From contig JAYUOS010000037.1 of NCBI GenBank assembly GCA_043760725.1, positions 33,551-97,550 on the forward strand: a stretch of DNA of 64,000 nt, read 5' to 3'. Shown piece by piece: positions 19,522-29,022 of the stretch. The notes under the pieces were generated by a model. The model was not told the DNA's origin and did not search any database. It saw only the letters and a program-made list of their open reading frames with translations. Position numbers and translations under genes: made by a program. The DNA comes from Sphingomonadales bacterium. Its GTDB lineage: Bacteria > Pseudomonadota > Alphaproteobacteria > Sphingomonadales > Sphingomonadaceae. How positions within the stretch are numbered: the stretch's first letter is position 1; each line of letters begins with the position of its first letter.

Positions 19522-21177
19522 TCAATTCACCGTCGCATTGAATACCATCGCAAAGCTGCTTCCAGCCGCGAGAGAAGCCGTCAGGCCTGTTATTGTCGTG
19601 CCGCTTATCGAAATGCCAAAAGGATCGCTTTCGTCTGCGCCTGCGGCATTATCGTCTTCCGCTGTTGTTGCCGTGGCGCAGCTCGGTCCGGACCGCAGAC
19701 TGGCTGATGTGTACGTGACGAGCGCTGGGACATTATCGATAGCTACTACCGAAGTTGTCGTACCGGGACCAAGATTAGTGACCAAAATGCAGTAACGGAC
19801 GGTCGAGGCCGGGACAGCCTTTGGGTTGGCCACGCTTACCCCGTCGGCAGTAATACTGCTAGTCTTGGCAATGCTGAGCGTTGTGTTGCGGCTGTTGGTA
19901 TAGGTGCAGATGACGTTGGTCTCTCCCGCTGCGATCGTTAGGCCATTGGCAAGATTGCTGTCCGCAGCGCCGGTGCAGGCCAGCGTTGCGGAATAGATAC
20001 CAACATTGCCGCCAGCCAGCGTTTCGGCAAGTGTCAGCGTTTCACCGATAACCACCGGTGTTGGCGTCGCATCAGTATCAAGTTCGCCAGCAGTGCCTGC
20101 GTCCGAATTCAACGTATCGATAACGACCGCTGATCGGGACAGCGTGAGCGTTGCATCATCGCTGACTATTGCATTCGTCCATTGCTTGCGCAGCGTGACG
20201 CGGGAGTCGTTGTCTGTGATCGTATAGGTCGTCGTGGTCTGCGCAGCCAAGCCGCACGTGACGGTATGTCCGACCGTGTAGTTCGACCCGGTTCCAAGCG
20301 ACAACGCTATTGTCTCGCTAGGCTCCAATGCGTTATCATCGGCGATCGTGATACCAAGCGGAATGGCAGTGTTGTTGTAGGTGCCTGCCGGGACGGTCAC
20401 CGTAAAGCTAGCACCGCCGCCGGGTGTGTTATAATCAGTCCCCAGCGTCGCGGTGCCGCCAGTAACGGTTACATTGACGGTAAAAGGCGCCGTCACCAAC
20501 CCCGTAATTAATAGTGTCGGAATATTAGCGCCTGGCGCAGATTCTACACCGGTTCCGGTTGTGGCTGAAAGCTGGATAAACGGCCTTAACGTCATCTGGA
20601 TGCCGTCGAGGAAGTTCCCGAATGATCCGGTATCGGGGGTATTGAACTGCACGCGCTGCAAGCCCGATGCCCCGATATAGGTGGTGTTGCCGGTGTTCAC
20701 ATTCCATATCTGGTTTGCCGTCGTCGATGCTTGGGTCGCCAGCGTCTGCAACACAGTGCCGCTGCTATTTGCGACCTGAAACCGCGCAGTCTGCGTTGCA
20801 GCGCCGCCTGCACGCGCACGGTGGGCAAAGGTCCAGCCGATCGGCTCGCCGTTGATCAGGCAGATGTTCTGATACAATGTGCCGTTCACATTAGCGTTCA
20901 TCTCGGCAAAGACATTACCGTTAAAGGCAGGCACACCGTTAAAATTGCTGTCCCACAACTCGATTTCACCCGTGGTCGAATCCCATCCTACTACCGAGCC
21001 GTTGGTGATGATTTCATAATTCGGCGCGCCGGGCCCCAAGGGGTCGTTGAGTTCGAACGACGGGTTTTGTAGCGAGCGCAATTGCGCATAAGCAGGCGCA
21101 CAGCCGCAAAGCGCAACAGACGCTAGCAGTATCAAGCGCACAAAAGTGCCGAACCTGTTCAAAAACCCACTATCCAC
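19522..21177 (-). CDS. secreted multidomain protein (lectin-like N-domain, Calx-beta-like, DUF11-type C-terminal domain)
   Basis: The listed GTG at 21279 would overlap rsmE. Likelier starts are the GTG at 21177 or 21141, just before the hydrophobic RLILLASVALCGCAPAYA. The Calx-beta-like stretch is TGGTATLGTDYN...ADDNALEPSETIALSL. The C-terminal domain is shared with 18222..19301. Confidence 0.7.
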   Translation of the reverse strand: MDSGFLNRFGTFVRLILLASVALCGCAPAYAQLRSLQNPSFELNDPLGPGAPNYEIITNGSVVGWDSTTGEIELWDSNFNGVPAFNGNVFAEMNANVNGTLYQNICLINGEPIGWTFAHRARAGGAATQTARFQVANSSGTVLQTLATQASTTANQIWNVNTGNTTYIGASGLQRVQFNTPDTGSFGNFLDGIQMTLRPFIQLSATTGTGVESAPGANIPTLLITGLVTAPFTVNVTVTGGTATLGTDYNTPGGGASFTVTVPAGTYNNTAIPLGITIADDNALEPSETIALSLGTGSNYTVGHTVTCGLAAQTTTTYTITDNDSRVTLRKQWTNAIVSDDATLTLSRSAVVIDTLNSDAGTAGELDTDATPTPVVIGETLTLAETLAGGNVGIYSATLACTGAADSNLANGLTIAAGETNVICTYTNSRNTTLSIAKTSSITADGVSVANPKAVPASTVRYCILVTNLGPGTTTSVVAIDNVPALVTYTSASLRSGPSCATATTAEDDNAAGADESDPFGISISGTTITGLTASLAAGSSFAMVFNATVN

Positions 21178-21245
21178 GTGCGGAATGATAGAGTTATTTG
21201 GTTTACAATGCCTAAACTTTGGCCGGACCCAGCCTGCAAGCTTGC

Positions 21246-21983
21246 CTAAAGCGACCAGTCGCCTTGCGCTGCCATCCACACCGATAACGCCGCTACAGCC
21301 GCAGTATCGGCACGCAGGATGCGCGGGCCAAGCGATACTGCCTTGGCCAACGGATGGGCGCGGATTGCCGCATTTTCCTCATCGGCAAAGCCACCCTCTG
21401 GTCCGATCAGGATCGCTGCGGGACCAGACGTTGGCGCAAACGGCTCTCCCCCGCGCTCATCGCAGAAATACAACGTGCGATCCTGCGGCCAATCTTTCAG
21501 CAACGCCTCAAGCTTCACCAAAGGCGCGATTTCTGGCAAGGTGGTTCGCTCGCATTGCTCGGCTGCCTCAATCATTTGTGACCTCAGCCGGTCTTCTTTG
21601 ACCTTATCAACGACGCAGCGCCGGGTGAGGAGTGGCACAAAACGGGCAACGCCCAGTTCGCAAGCTTTCTCGGCGATCCAATCGAGCCGGTCCTTTTTAA
21701 TGAGCGCCTGACACAGCCACAGATCGGGCGAAGACGACCGGTCGCGCAACTTGCCAACGGCCGACAGCGCCAAATTACGCTTTCCTGTCGCCATCACCGT
21801 CGCCAGATATTCGCCGCTGCGATCATCAAAGACCTTAACAGATGCACCTTCCCTAAGGCGCATGACATTCAACAAATAATGCGCCTGCCCACCTTCAATG
21901 CGTATCTCCGCACCCTCGCTCAGAAGTTCATCAACGAACAACCGAGGGGTAGAATGCGGGGGCCAAGCGGGTGTTGCGGGCAT
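21246..21983 (-). CDS. rsmE: 16S rRNA (uracil1498-N3)-methyltransferase RsmE
   Basis: 245 aa. It has an RsmE-like PUA N-domain and the SPOUT C-terminus ILIGPEGGFADEE. Confidence 0.85.
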   Translation of the reverse strand: MPATPAWPPHSTPRLFVDELLSEGAEIRIEGGQAHYLLNVMRLREGASVKVFDDRSGEYLATVMATGKRNLALSAVGKLRDRSSSPDLWLCQALIKKDRLDWIAEKACELGVARFVPLLTRRCVVDKVKEDRLRSQMIEAAEQCERTTLPEIAPLVKLEALLKDWPQDRTLYFCDERGGEPFAPTSGPAAILIGPEGGFADEENAAIRAHPLAKAVSLGPRILRADTAAVAALSVWMAAQGDWSL

Positions 21984-21998
21984 TCTTCCATCTCCACG

Positions 21999-22088
21999 CC
22001 GTCATGCTGAACGTGCTTCAGCATCCATCGATCCGGCAAGGCCAGTTTATGCGGATAAATGGACCCTGAAACAAGTTCAGGGTGACGG
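21999..22088. repeat. 90-bp palindromic intergenic element (MITE/REP-like)
   Basis: The terminal inverted repeat is ccgtcatgctgaac / gttcagggtgacgg (12 of 14). Internal hairpins are gctgaa-cgtgc-ttcagc and ccctgaa-acaag-ttcaggg. The sequence type (translating as VTLNLFQGP) recurs in alphaproteobacterial genomes. Confidence 0.55.
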
Positions 22089-22117
22089 ATTGGTTTTTTT
22101 AAGCAAAAGCTATTTGC

Positions 22118-23026
22118 GTGCTAGCGTCCGAAACCGTCCCTGATACCGAAATGCAAGGCCTCGTCCGTTGGCTACCCGCCAGCCTGCGCCCCTTTGCTTT
22201 GCTTGCACGTTTTGACCGCCCGATTGGTTGGTGGCTGTTGTTCTGGCCCTGTGTCTTTGGCCTCACATTAGCCGGAGGCGCGTTCAGCCATTGGCATCTG
22301 ATCCTGTGGATGCTGCTCGGTGCTATCGCGATGCGCGGCGCGGGGTGCGTGTATAACGACATTGTCGACCGCGATCTGGACGCTAAGGTTGCGCGCACCG
22401 CAAGCAGGCCGCTGCCGAGCGGAGCAGTCAGCGTGAAAACGGCTTGGGCTTGGCTGCTGATATTGTGCGCCATCGGCCTCCTCGTCTTGCTCCAGTTAAA
22501 CTTTAACGCGCAGCTTTTGGCACTGGAAAGCCTAATCCTTGTCGCCGCCTACCCGTTTATGAAACGCATCACTTGGTGGCCGCAATTGTGGCTGGGGCTG
22601 GTGTTTAGCTGGGGGGCGCTTGTTGGGTGGATTGCCGTTGCACAGCACGCTCAACCCGCGATGTTCTGGCTGTATGGCGGGACGATATTCTGGGTGATCG
22701 GCTATGACACCATCTATGCGATGCAAGACCGCGAAGACGACGCGATGATCGGCATCCGCTCCAGTGCGCTGCGCATGGGTGAGCATATCCGTAGCGGCGT
22801 TGCTTTATGCTATGTGCTGGCGCTAATCGGCTGGGGCCTTGCAATTTGGAGCGTGCGACCGCAAGGCCAAGCGTTAATTGCACTCGCACCTGCCGCTTTC
22901 CACTTGGCTTTTCAGGCAGCGACCCTCAAAAAGGATGGCAGCAACGCGCTGGGTCATTTCCGGTCGAACAAGCTAACAGGAATGTTGGTGATGGCGGCCT
23001 GTCTGGTCGTTGGCACCGCCGCGTAA
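22118..23026 (+). CDS. ubiA: 4-hydroxybenzoate polyprenyltransferase
   Basis: 302 aa from the GTG at 22118; an alternative ATG lies at 22151. The motifs are LARFDRPIGWWLLFWP and NDIVDRDLDAKVARTASRPL. Confidence 0.85.
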   Translation: MLASETVPDTEMQGLVRWLPASLRPFALLARFDRPIGWWLLFWPCVFGLTLAGGAFSHWHLILWMLLGAIAMRGAGCVYNDIVDRDLDAKVARTASRPLPSGAVSVKTAWAWLLILCAIGLLVLLQLNFNAQLLALESLILVAAYPFMKRITWWPQLWLGLVFSWGALVGWIAVAQHAQPAMFWLYGGTIFWVIGYDTIYAMQDREDDAMIGIRSSALRMGEHIRSGVALCYVLALIGWGLAIWSVRPQGQALIALAPAAFHLAFQAATLKKDGSNALGHFRSNKLTGMLVMAACLVVGTAA

Positions 23027-23041
23027 ATAAAAGGAGAATCT

Positions 23042-24061
23042 ATGGGTAACCGTCGTCTGGGTAAAAGCGGGATTGTCGTGTCCGACATCTGCATGGGCAC
23101 AATGACCTTTGGCTCGCAAGCCGATGAAGCGGTCGCGCACCGCGTGATGGACATGAGCCTTGACGCCGGAATTAACTTTTTCGACACAGCGGAGGGCTAT
23201 CCCGTGCCACCCGACATCAAATGGGTTGGCCGAACTGAGGAAATCGTTGGTCGCTGGCTAAAAGGCAAAAACCGCGACGCGATTATCATCGCCACCAAAG
23301 TTTCCGGGCCAAGCCATGTGTGGTTCAAATCACCCTGCCGTGGCGGCATGACCTCGCTTGACCGGCGGCATATCACCACTGCGGTTGAGGATAGCCTGCG
23401 CCGTTTGCAAACCGATTATATCGACCTGTACCAAACGCATTGGCCCGACCATGGCACAGCGTATGAAGAAACGATGGAGGTTCTCGACGAGCTGGTCCGT
23501 GCAGGCAAAGTGCGGATTATCGGCTGTTCAAACGAGACCAGCTGGGGCTTGATGAAGTCGATTTCCGCGTCGGAGCGGCTGGGGGTCGCGCGTTATCAAA
23601 CTATCCAGAATAATTTCTCGATCAACAACCGGCGGTTTGAGGACGAGCTGGCGCAAGTATGCCGCGAAGAAGGCGTCAGCCTGATCCCCTATTCGCCTTT
23701 GGGCGGCGGTGTGCTCTCGGGCAAATATCAGGATGGTGCGCGGCCCGAAGGCGCTCGCTTCACCCGCTATCTTGATGATCCCGGTTCGCGGCAAGCCGTC
23801 ATGACACGCCGGTTTGCCGGACCACGCGCGCTGGAATCGACAGCACATATATTGGACATTGCCAAAGAAGCCGGCATGTCGCCAGTAACCCTCGCCACCG
23901 CATGGTCCAAACAACACGACTTCGTCGCCTCCACCATCGTCGGCGTCAGCACCGCCGAACAATGCGCCGAAATCTTTGCGGCGAACGATTTAGTGCTGTC
24001 AGACGAAGTGATGAAGGCGATCCACAAAGTGACCAAGGAAATACTGTATCCGATGGGGTGA
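23042..24061 (+). CDS. aldo/keto reductase
   Basis: 339 aa with an AAAGGAG RBS. The motifs GINFFDTAEGY, IATKV and IGCSNE are typical of the AKR family. Confidence 0.85.
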   Translation: MGNRRLGKSGIVVSDICMGTMTFGSQADEAVAHRVMDMSLDAGINFFDTAEGYPVPPDIKWVGRTEEIVGRWLKGKNRDAIIIATKVSGPSHVWFKSPCRGGMTSLDRRHITTAVEDSLRRLQTDYIDLYQTHWPDHGTAYEETMEVLDELVRAGKVRIIGCSNETSWGLMKSISASERLGVARYQTIQNNFSINNRRFEDELAQVCREEGVSLIPYSPLGGGVLSGKYQDGARPEGARFTRYLDDPGSRQAVMTRRFAGPRALESTAHILDIAKEAGMSPVTLATAWSKQHDFVASTIVGVSTAEQCAEIFAANDLVLSDEVMKAIHKVTKEILYPMG

Positions 24062-24064
24062 GGG

Positions 24065-27000
24065 TTACTCCGCCGCTAACAACTGCTCGGCCCCGCCAAG
24101 GTCAACGCTGACCAACCGCGAAACGCCTTGTTCGACCATGGTTACACCGAATAGCCGGTGCATGCGGCTCATCGTGACGGCGTTGTGGGTGACTATCAAA
24201 TAGCGCGTGTCGGTTTCGCGGGTCATCGCGTCGAGCAGGTCGCAGAAGCGTTCGATATTGGCGTCATCCAATGGTGCATCAACTTCGTCGAGGACGCAAA
24301 TCGGCGCTGGGTTGGTGAGGAACAGGCCGAAGATCAACGCAACTGCGGTCAACGCCTGCTCGCCGCCCGACAACAATGTCAGCGATTGCAGTTTTTTGCC
24401 AGGCGGTTGTGCGAAGATTTCCAACCCTGCCTCCAACGGATCGTCGCTGTCGATCAACGCCAGATGCGCTTGCCCGCCGTTAAACAACGTCGCAAACAAG
24501 CGGCGGAAATGCTGATCAACCGTTTCGAACGCCGCGAGCAAACGTGTGCGGCCTTCGCGGTTTAGGCTGCCGATGGAACCGCGCAGGCGGTTGATTGCAA
24601 GGGACAGCTCGTCACTCTCGGCCTGTCCTTTGGCAACCTGTTCTTCCAATTCGGTCAATTCGTCTGCTGCGATCAGATTGACCGGCCCGATCCGTTCGCG
24701 GTCCATTTGCAACCGTTCCAGCCGTGCGGATTCGGATGAAGCCTCGCCGATGTCGTCCTCATCGAACGCATGTTTTTCCGGCAGCAACGGCGGTGGGCAT
24801 TCAAAACGTTCCCCCGAAATCGCTGCCATTTCGCGGCGGCGAGCGTCTTGGTTCTCGGCGCGGGCGTCTGCCCCTGCGCGTTGTTCGCGGGCGGAGGAGA
24901 CTGCCTCTGCGGCGGCGGCTAGCTCGCCTTCGAGCGAGCGCAACGCGTCTTCACGTTGGCGTTCGGCCACTTGCAGCTCGGCGAGCTTGTCGGACAACGT
25001 CGCTTTGTCGTTTTCGAGCCGCGCCAGCTCCGCAGCCAATATGTCAGGTCGTCCGGCCATCGCCTCCAACTCGCCCGCGATTTCGACACGGCGTTTGTTC
25101 ATATCGGCGATGCGGCGCTCGGCCTCGCCAGATCGTTCTTGCCAGCCGCGAATTTCGGCCTGTGCCACAGCGCGACGTTCGCGTTGTTGGTTGGCAGCTT
25201 GATCGAGCGAGGCCAGATCGGCCTGCGCGCGCAAATGCAATTGCCGCGCCGCTTCGCTTTGTGAGCTAAGTTTTTCCACCAACAAGTCATGCACCGCGTT
25301 ATCGGGCAGCGCTGCACGTGCAGATTCGGCGGCGGTCAAATCGCAATGCGCTGCTTTGCTTTCGGCATCGGCTGCCGCCATCCTGTCGGCCAGCGCTTCG
25401 CTCGCATTGCGACGACGGTTGAGTGCATCCTCGGCACGGTCAGCATCGCGCAAAGCTTGACGCAATTCGGTTTCGGCGGATTGGGCGGTGGCTTGAGCAT
25501 TTCGCAGTGTTGATTGCGCAGCTGTGATGGCCTCGTTGATCTCTGATAAAGCCGATTCCTTGACGGACACATCAGCCTCCGCCTTTGGCAGCATCGCGTC
25601 GAGTGCCGCCAACCGGTTGGCGCGAACAAGCTGTTCAGCCGCAGTCGCTCCGTCATCCTCGGCGATAAAACCGTCCCATCGGCGGAGCTTGCCGTCGCGG
25701 GTGACGAGGCGTTCGCCAGGGCTGAGCGTGCGGTTGTCATCACGTTCGACAAAGATGGTCATCGCAAGGCGTGCGGCCAGTTCGGCGGGTGCCTCAACGA
25801 ACGCCGATAGCCCATCCGACCCGCCGCCGATGGAAAGCGCGCCACTCCACCGTCGCCCCTGTTCGCCACCAACAGCCGCATTCACATCCTCACCCAACGC
25901 GGCCGCCAACGCGCGTTCATAGCCCGGCGTAACTTTGATCCGGTCGATGGCTTTCGCTCCGTCGGATTGTGCCAAGGCGCGTTCCAATGCCGAGCGTTCC
26001 GAAACCAACGCCGCTGAGTCAGCCCTCGCCGCCGCCAGCGCACTGTGCGCTATATCGCGCTCTGCCAGCTTGCCCACGCGCTCGGCTTCAATCTCTTCGA
26101 TCTGCGCCGCCGCGTTGGTCAAACTGATTTCTAGGGTATCGACCTTGGCAGACGCCGCTTTGCGTTCAGCCTCCAATTCAGCCTCATCACCCAGCGCCGC
26201 CAATTCATCCGCCAGCCGCGCTGTGTCGCGCTCAGCCCGTTCCAGCCTTGACCGCGCATTGGCCAGCGCCGCGTTGGCCACACGCAATTCGGCCTCGGCC
26301 CGCGCTTGTTCCGCCATCGCTTTGGCAAGCGCCACTTCGCTTTCACGCGCCTGCCGCTCGCCATTGTCAACCGCACGGGTAAGGTCCGGGCGTTCGTCTT
26401 CGCGCGCTTTTATCTCGACAGCCAGCTTTGCACTTTCCGCCTGTAGCCGGGCGAGCGCATCGGCGGCATCATGCGTCAACTTGCCTTCACGCGCGTAATC
26501 ATAGGCGATGCGCGCAGCTTGCGCCGACAAGTCAGCTTGCCGTTGGATGATCTGGTTACGCTCGCCCTGCAATTGCGCCAGCCGCGTAGCAAGGTCGCCC
26601 GCCGCATCGCGCGCCGCCATCGCAACTGATCGCGCCTCCGCCAGGCCCTGCACCGCTGATTGTTGCTTGCCAGACAGTTCGCGTTGCTGCGCAGATGCCG
26701 CCTCGACTCGGGCGCCTGCCGCATCCGCTTCTGCCCGCGCCGCCTTTGCCGCCGCTGCTGCTTCGCTCCAGCGCCCGAAAATCAACCGTGCCTCAGCAAC
26801 GGTAATTTCGCTGGTCAGCTTTCGATAGCGTTCTGCCTGCCGCGCTTGTTTTTTCAACGCCGCCCCGCGTAATTCCATATCGCCAAGGATTGTCGCCAAC
26901 CGACCCAAATTGGTTTCCGCAGCGCGCAATTTTTGCTCGGCGTCTTTGCGGCGAACGTGAAGCCCGGAAATGCCAGCAGCCTCCTCCAACATCATCCGCC

Positions 27001-27487
27001 GCTCTTGTGGTTTGGCCGAGATGATTGAGCTGATCCGGCCCTGACTTACCAAGGCAGGCGAATGCGCGCCGGTAGCGGCGTCGGCAAAGATCAACGCGAT
27101 GTCTTTGGCACGCACATCGCGGCCATTGGCACGGTAAGCCGACCCTGCACCGCGCTCTATCCGGCGGACAACCTCCAACTCATGGTCGTCGTCATTGGCG
27201 ATTATGCCGGGAATGTTTTCCGCCGGATCATGTTCCGCTAGCAATGTCACCTCGGCAAAATCACGCGACGGGCGTTGCGCGGTTCCAGCGAAGATTACGT
27301 CCTCCATGCCAGAACCGCGCAGCGACTTTGCGCTGCCTTCGCCCATCACCCAGCGGATAGCCTCTAACAGGTTGGATTTACCGCAGCCATTGGGGCCGAC
27401 GATGCCCGTCAAACCGCGTTCGATGTGCAGTTCGGTCGGCTCGACAAAGCTTTTAAAGCCAGTCAGTTTGAGCCGCTTTATCCGCAT
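24065..27487 (-). CDS. smc: chromosome segregation protein SMC
   Basis: 1140 aa with Walker A GPNGCGKSN, long Ala/Glu/Arg coiled coils, a hinge, signature LSGGEQALTAVAL and Walker B CVLDEVDAPLD. Confidence 0.95.
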   Translation of the reverse strand: MRIKRLKLTGFKSFVEPTELHIERGLTGIVGPNGCGKSNLLEAIRWVMGEGSAKSLRGSGMEDVIFAGTAQRPSRDFAEVTLLAEHDPAENIPGIIANDDDHELEVVRRIERGAGSAYRANGRDVRAKDIALIFADAATGAHSPALVSQGRISSIISAKPQERRMMLEEAAGISGLHVRRKDAEQKLRAAETNLGRLATILGDMELRGAALKKQARQAERYRKLTSEITVAEARLIFGRWSEAAAAAKAARAEADAAGARVEAASAQQRELSGKQQSAVQGLAEARSVAMAARDAAGDLATRLAQLQGERNQIIQRQADLSAQAARIAYDYAREGKLTHDAADALARLQAESAKLAVEIKAREDERPDLTRAVDNGERQARESEVALAKAMAEQARAEAELRVANAALANARSRLERAERDTARLADELAALGDEAELEAERKAASAKVDTLEISLTNAAAQIEEIEAERVGKLAERDIAHSALAAARADSAALVSERSALERALAQSDGAKAIDRIKVTPGYERALAAALGEDVNAAVGGEQGRRWSGALSIGGGSDGLSAFVEAPAELAARLAMTIFVERDDNRTLSPGERLVTRDGKLRRWDGFIAEDDGATAAEQLVRANRLAALDAMLPKAEADVSVKESALSEINEAITAAQSTLRNAQATAQSAETELRQALRDADRAEDALNRRRNASEALADRMAAADAESKAAHCDLTAAESARAALPDNAVHDLLVEKLSSQSEAARQLHLRAQADLASLDQAANQQRERRAVAQAEIRGWQERSGEAERRIADMNKRRVEIAGELEAMAGRPDILAAELARLENDKATLSDKLAELQVAERQREDALRSLEGELAAAAEAVSSAREQRAGADARAENQDARRREMAAISGERFECPPPLLPEKHAFDEDDIGEASSESARLERLQMDRERIGPVNLIAADELTELEEQVAKGQAESDELSLAINRLRGSIGSLNREGRTRLLAAFETVDQHFRRLFATLFNGGQAHLALIDSDDPLEAGLEIFAQPPGKKLQSLTLLSGGEQALTAVALIFGLFLTNPAPICVLDEVDAPLDDANIERFCDLLDAMTRETDTRYLIVTHNAVTMSRMHRLFGVTMVEQGVSRLVSVDLGGAEQLLAAE

Positions 27488-27517
27488 GTAGGGTCCGCCA
27501 CGCTATGCCAGTTTGGC

Positions 27518-28261
27518 TTAGCGAGCGCCTGCTTCCTGCAACTTGCCTTTAACTGCGGGCCATGCGGTCACGTCGATCTTGTTGCCGTTCAGGTAGAATG
27601 TCGGCGTGCCCTGGATCGAGTATTTCTTGCCATATTCCGATGTGAGTTCGGCAAGCTTATCCATTTCTTTCTGGTCGGACAGGCAGGCTTTGGCCTGATC
27701 GCGCGAAACGCCGCGTTGGGCAAAGAAATCGATAATGCCGGCCGCTTCGCCAATCGCAAACGCACGGTCCGCACCCTTTAGCGACGACAATTTGGCATTC
27801 AACGCCGCATCGCCATCAACCTTTTTCAGGTTTTCGAACATCGTCGGCTGGAACACCATGAACTGTTCGGTCAACGGATATACCGCCTCATCCGCTCCGC
27901 AACGGGCGATACGGGCCGCAGTAAGGTCCATTTCGTCACGGACGAAATTGCGGAACTCGAACGAAACCTTGCCACTGTTGATATATTTTTCATGAAACTC
28001 GTCGCCTGATTGCGTCGCGAAATCAGCACACACATGGCAGGTCAGCGAACCAAATTCGATCAGCTTAATTTTTGCATCAGGGTTACCGATCAGATATCCG
28101 CCGTCAGCAGTTTTCTTGACCACTTCGAACCAGACTTTGCCAGCAGGCGCCGCAACAGCGGCTACCGGCCCCCCTGTCAAAGCGCCTTTTTCGTCGCTGC
28201 CGCCGCAGGAAGCGAGCGCAGCAACGGCTATTGAAACAAGGAATAGTTTGGAAATGCGCAT
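27518..28261 (-). CDS. DsbA-family thiol:disulfide oxidoreductase lipoprotein
   Basis: 247 aa with lipobox ALASCG and active site CHVC in GSLTCHVCADF. Confidence 0.8.
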   Translation of the reverse strand: MRISKLFLVSIAVAALASCGGSDEKGALTGGPVAAVAAPAGKVWFEVVKKTADGGYLIGNPDAKIKLIEFGSLTCHVCADFATQSGDEFHEKYINSGKVSFEFRNFVRDEMDLTAARIARCGADEAVYPLTEQFMVFQPTMFENLKKVDGDAALNAKLSSLKGADRAFAIGEAAGIIDFFAQRGVSRDQAKACLSDQKEMDKLAELTSEYGKKYSIQGTPTFYLNGNKIDVTAWPAVKGKLQEAGAR

Positions 28262-28287
28262 AATTCGTTCCTTTGGGACTTAGACTA

Positions 28288-28989
28288 TCATTGCGTTAAA
28301 AATGGTTTCAGTGAGGCGGCGTCGTACGCGGCCACCTGCTTGCCGTTGACCAGAAAACTGGGTGTGCCCTTCAGTCCAAGCGGGCCAGTTGCTTCGTTGG
28401 ACATCGCCAAAATTTGATCTAACGCTGCGCCATCGGTCACACAGGCTTTAGCTTTCGCCGCTGTAATCCCGCGTGCCTGCATAATTTTATCAAGGCCAAG
28501 CTCAATGTGCGCCGCAAGCATGAAGCCGATAAGGTCATTGTCCTGCAACTTGGCAACCGTGGCAGGCGTGATCTTACTATCGTCCATCCATTGCGCTTGC
28601 GTCGCCATCAAATGTCGGTGGTTTCCGAAAAACCGACCCTTGCCGCCGCAACGGGCCAGCATCGCAGCAGTCAAATCCAGCTCATCGCGAACAAGGTTCC
28701 GAATTTCAAAGCTAACCTTTCCGTTTGCCACATATTGGCTTTTCAGCACCGGCGCTTCTTTGGCTTCAAAGTCCCCGCAATGGCTGCATGTATAGCTGGC
28801 GTATTCGACCAGCTTGGTGGCTGCCGCAACGTTGCCGATTATGTGTCCGCCGACTGAAGAAACCGTGAAGGTCGATAGCCATGCAGGCTTGGCCGGAGCT
28901 GCTGCCAAAGCGGCGCTGCCGATCAGCACCAACGCGCCGGTCAATACCCCAACAAATTGTCGTGTGCGGAAAAGTCTGGAAATGTGCAT
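28288..28989 (-). CDS. DsbA-family thiol:disulfide oxidoreductase (paralogue)
   Basis: Start set at MHISRLF, before a signal peptide. The active site is CSHC in YTCSHCGDF. Its layout is collinear with the preceding gene. Confidence 0.75.
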   Translation of the reverse strand: MHISRLFRTRQFVGVLTGALVLIGSAALAAAPAKPAWLSTFTVSSVGGHIIGNVAAATKLVEYASYTCSHCGDFEAKEAPVLKSQYVANGKVSFEIRNLVRDELDLTAAMLARCGGKGRFFGNHRHLMATQAQWMDDSKITPATVAKLQDNDLIGFMLAAHIELGLDKIMQARGITAAKAKACVTDGAALDQILAMSNEATGPLGLKGTPSFLVNGKQVAAYDAASLKPFLTQ

Positions 28990-29022
28990 AAAACCCTCAA
29001 AATATGGCCGCAGCATTTGCAA

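Noticed and set aside
24546-25202. Long ORFs on the strand opposite clearly identified genes. Examples are 24546..25202 and 25935..26498 opposite smc, 11345..12103 and 11826..12590 opposite ruvB, 37512..38264 opposite the saccharopine-dehydrogenase-like gene, 58899..59711 opposite the aminotransferase, and 50708..51550 and 51623..52402 opposite the P450-DyP gene.
   Set aside because: All are fully embedded in genes with strong family motifs. Their Arg/Ala/Pro/Ser-rich composition is typical of antisense frames in GC-rich DNA, and they have no RBS or recognisable motifs.
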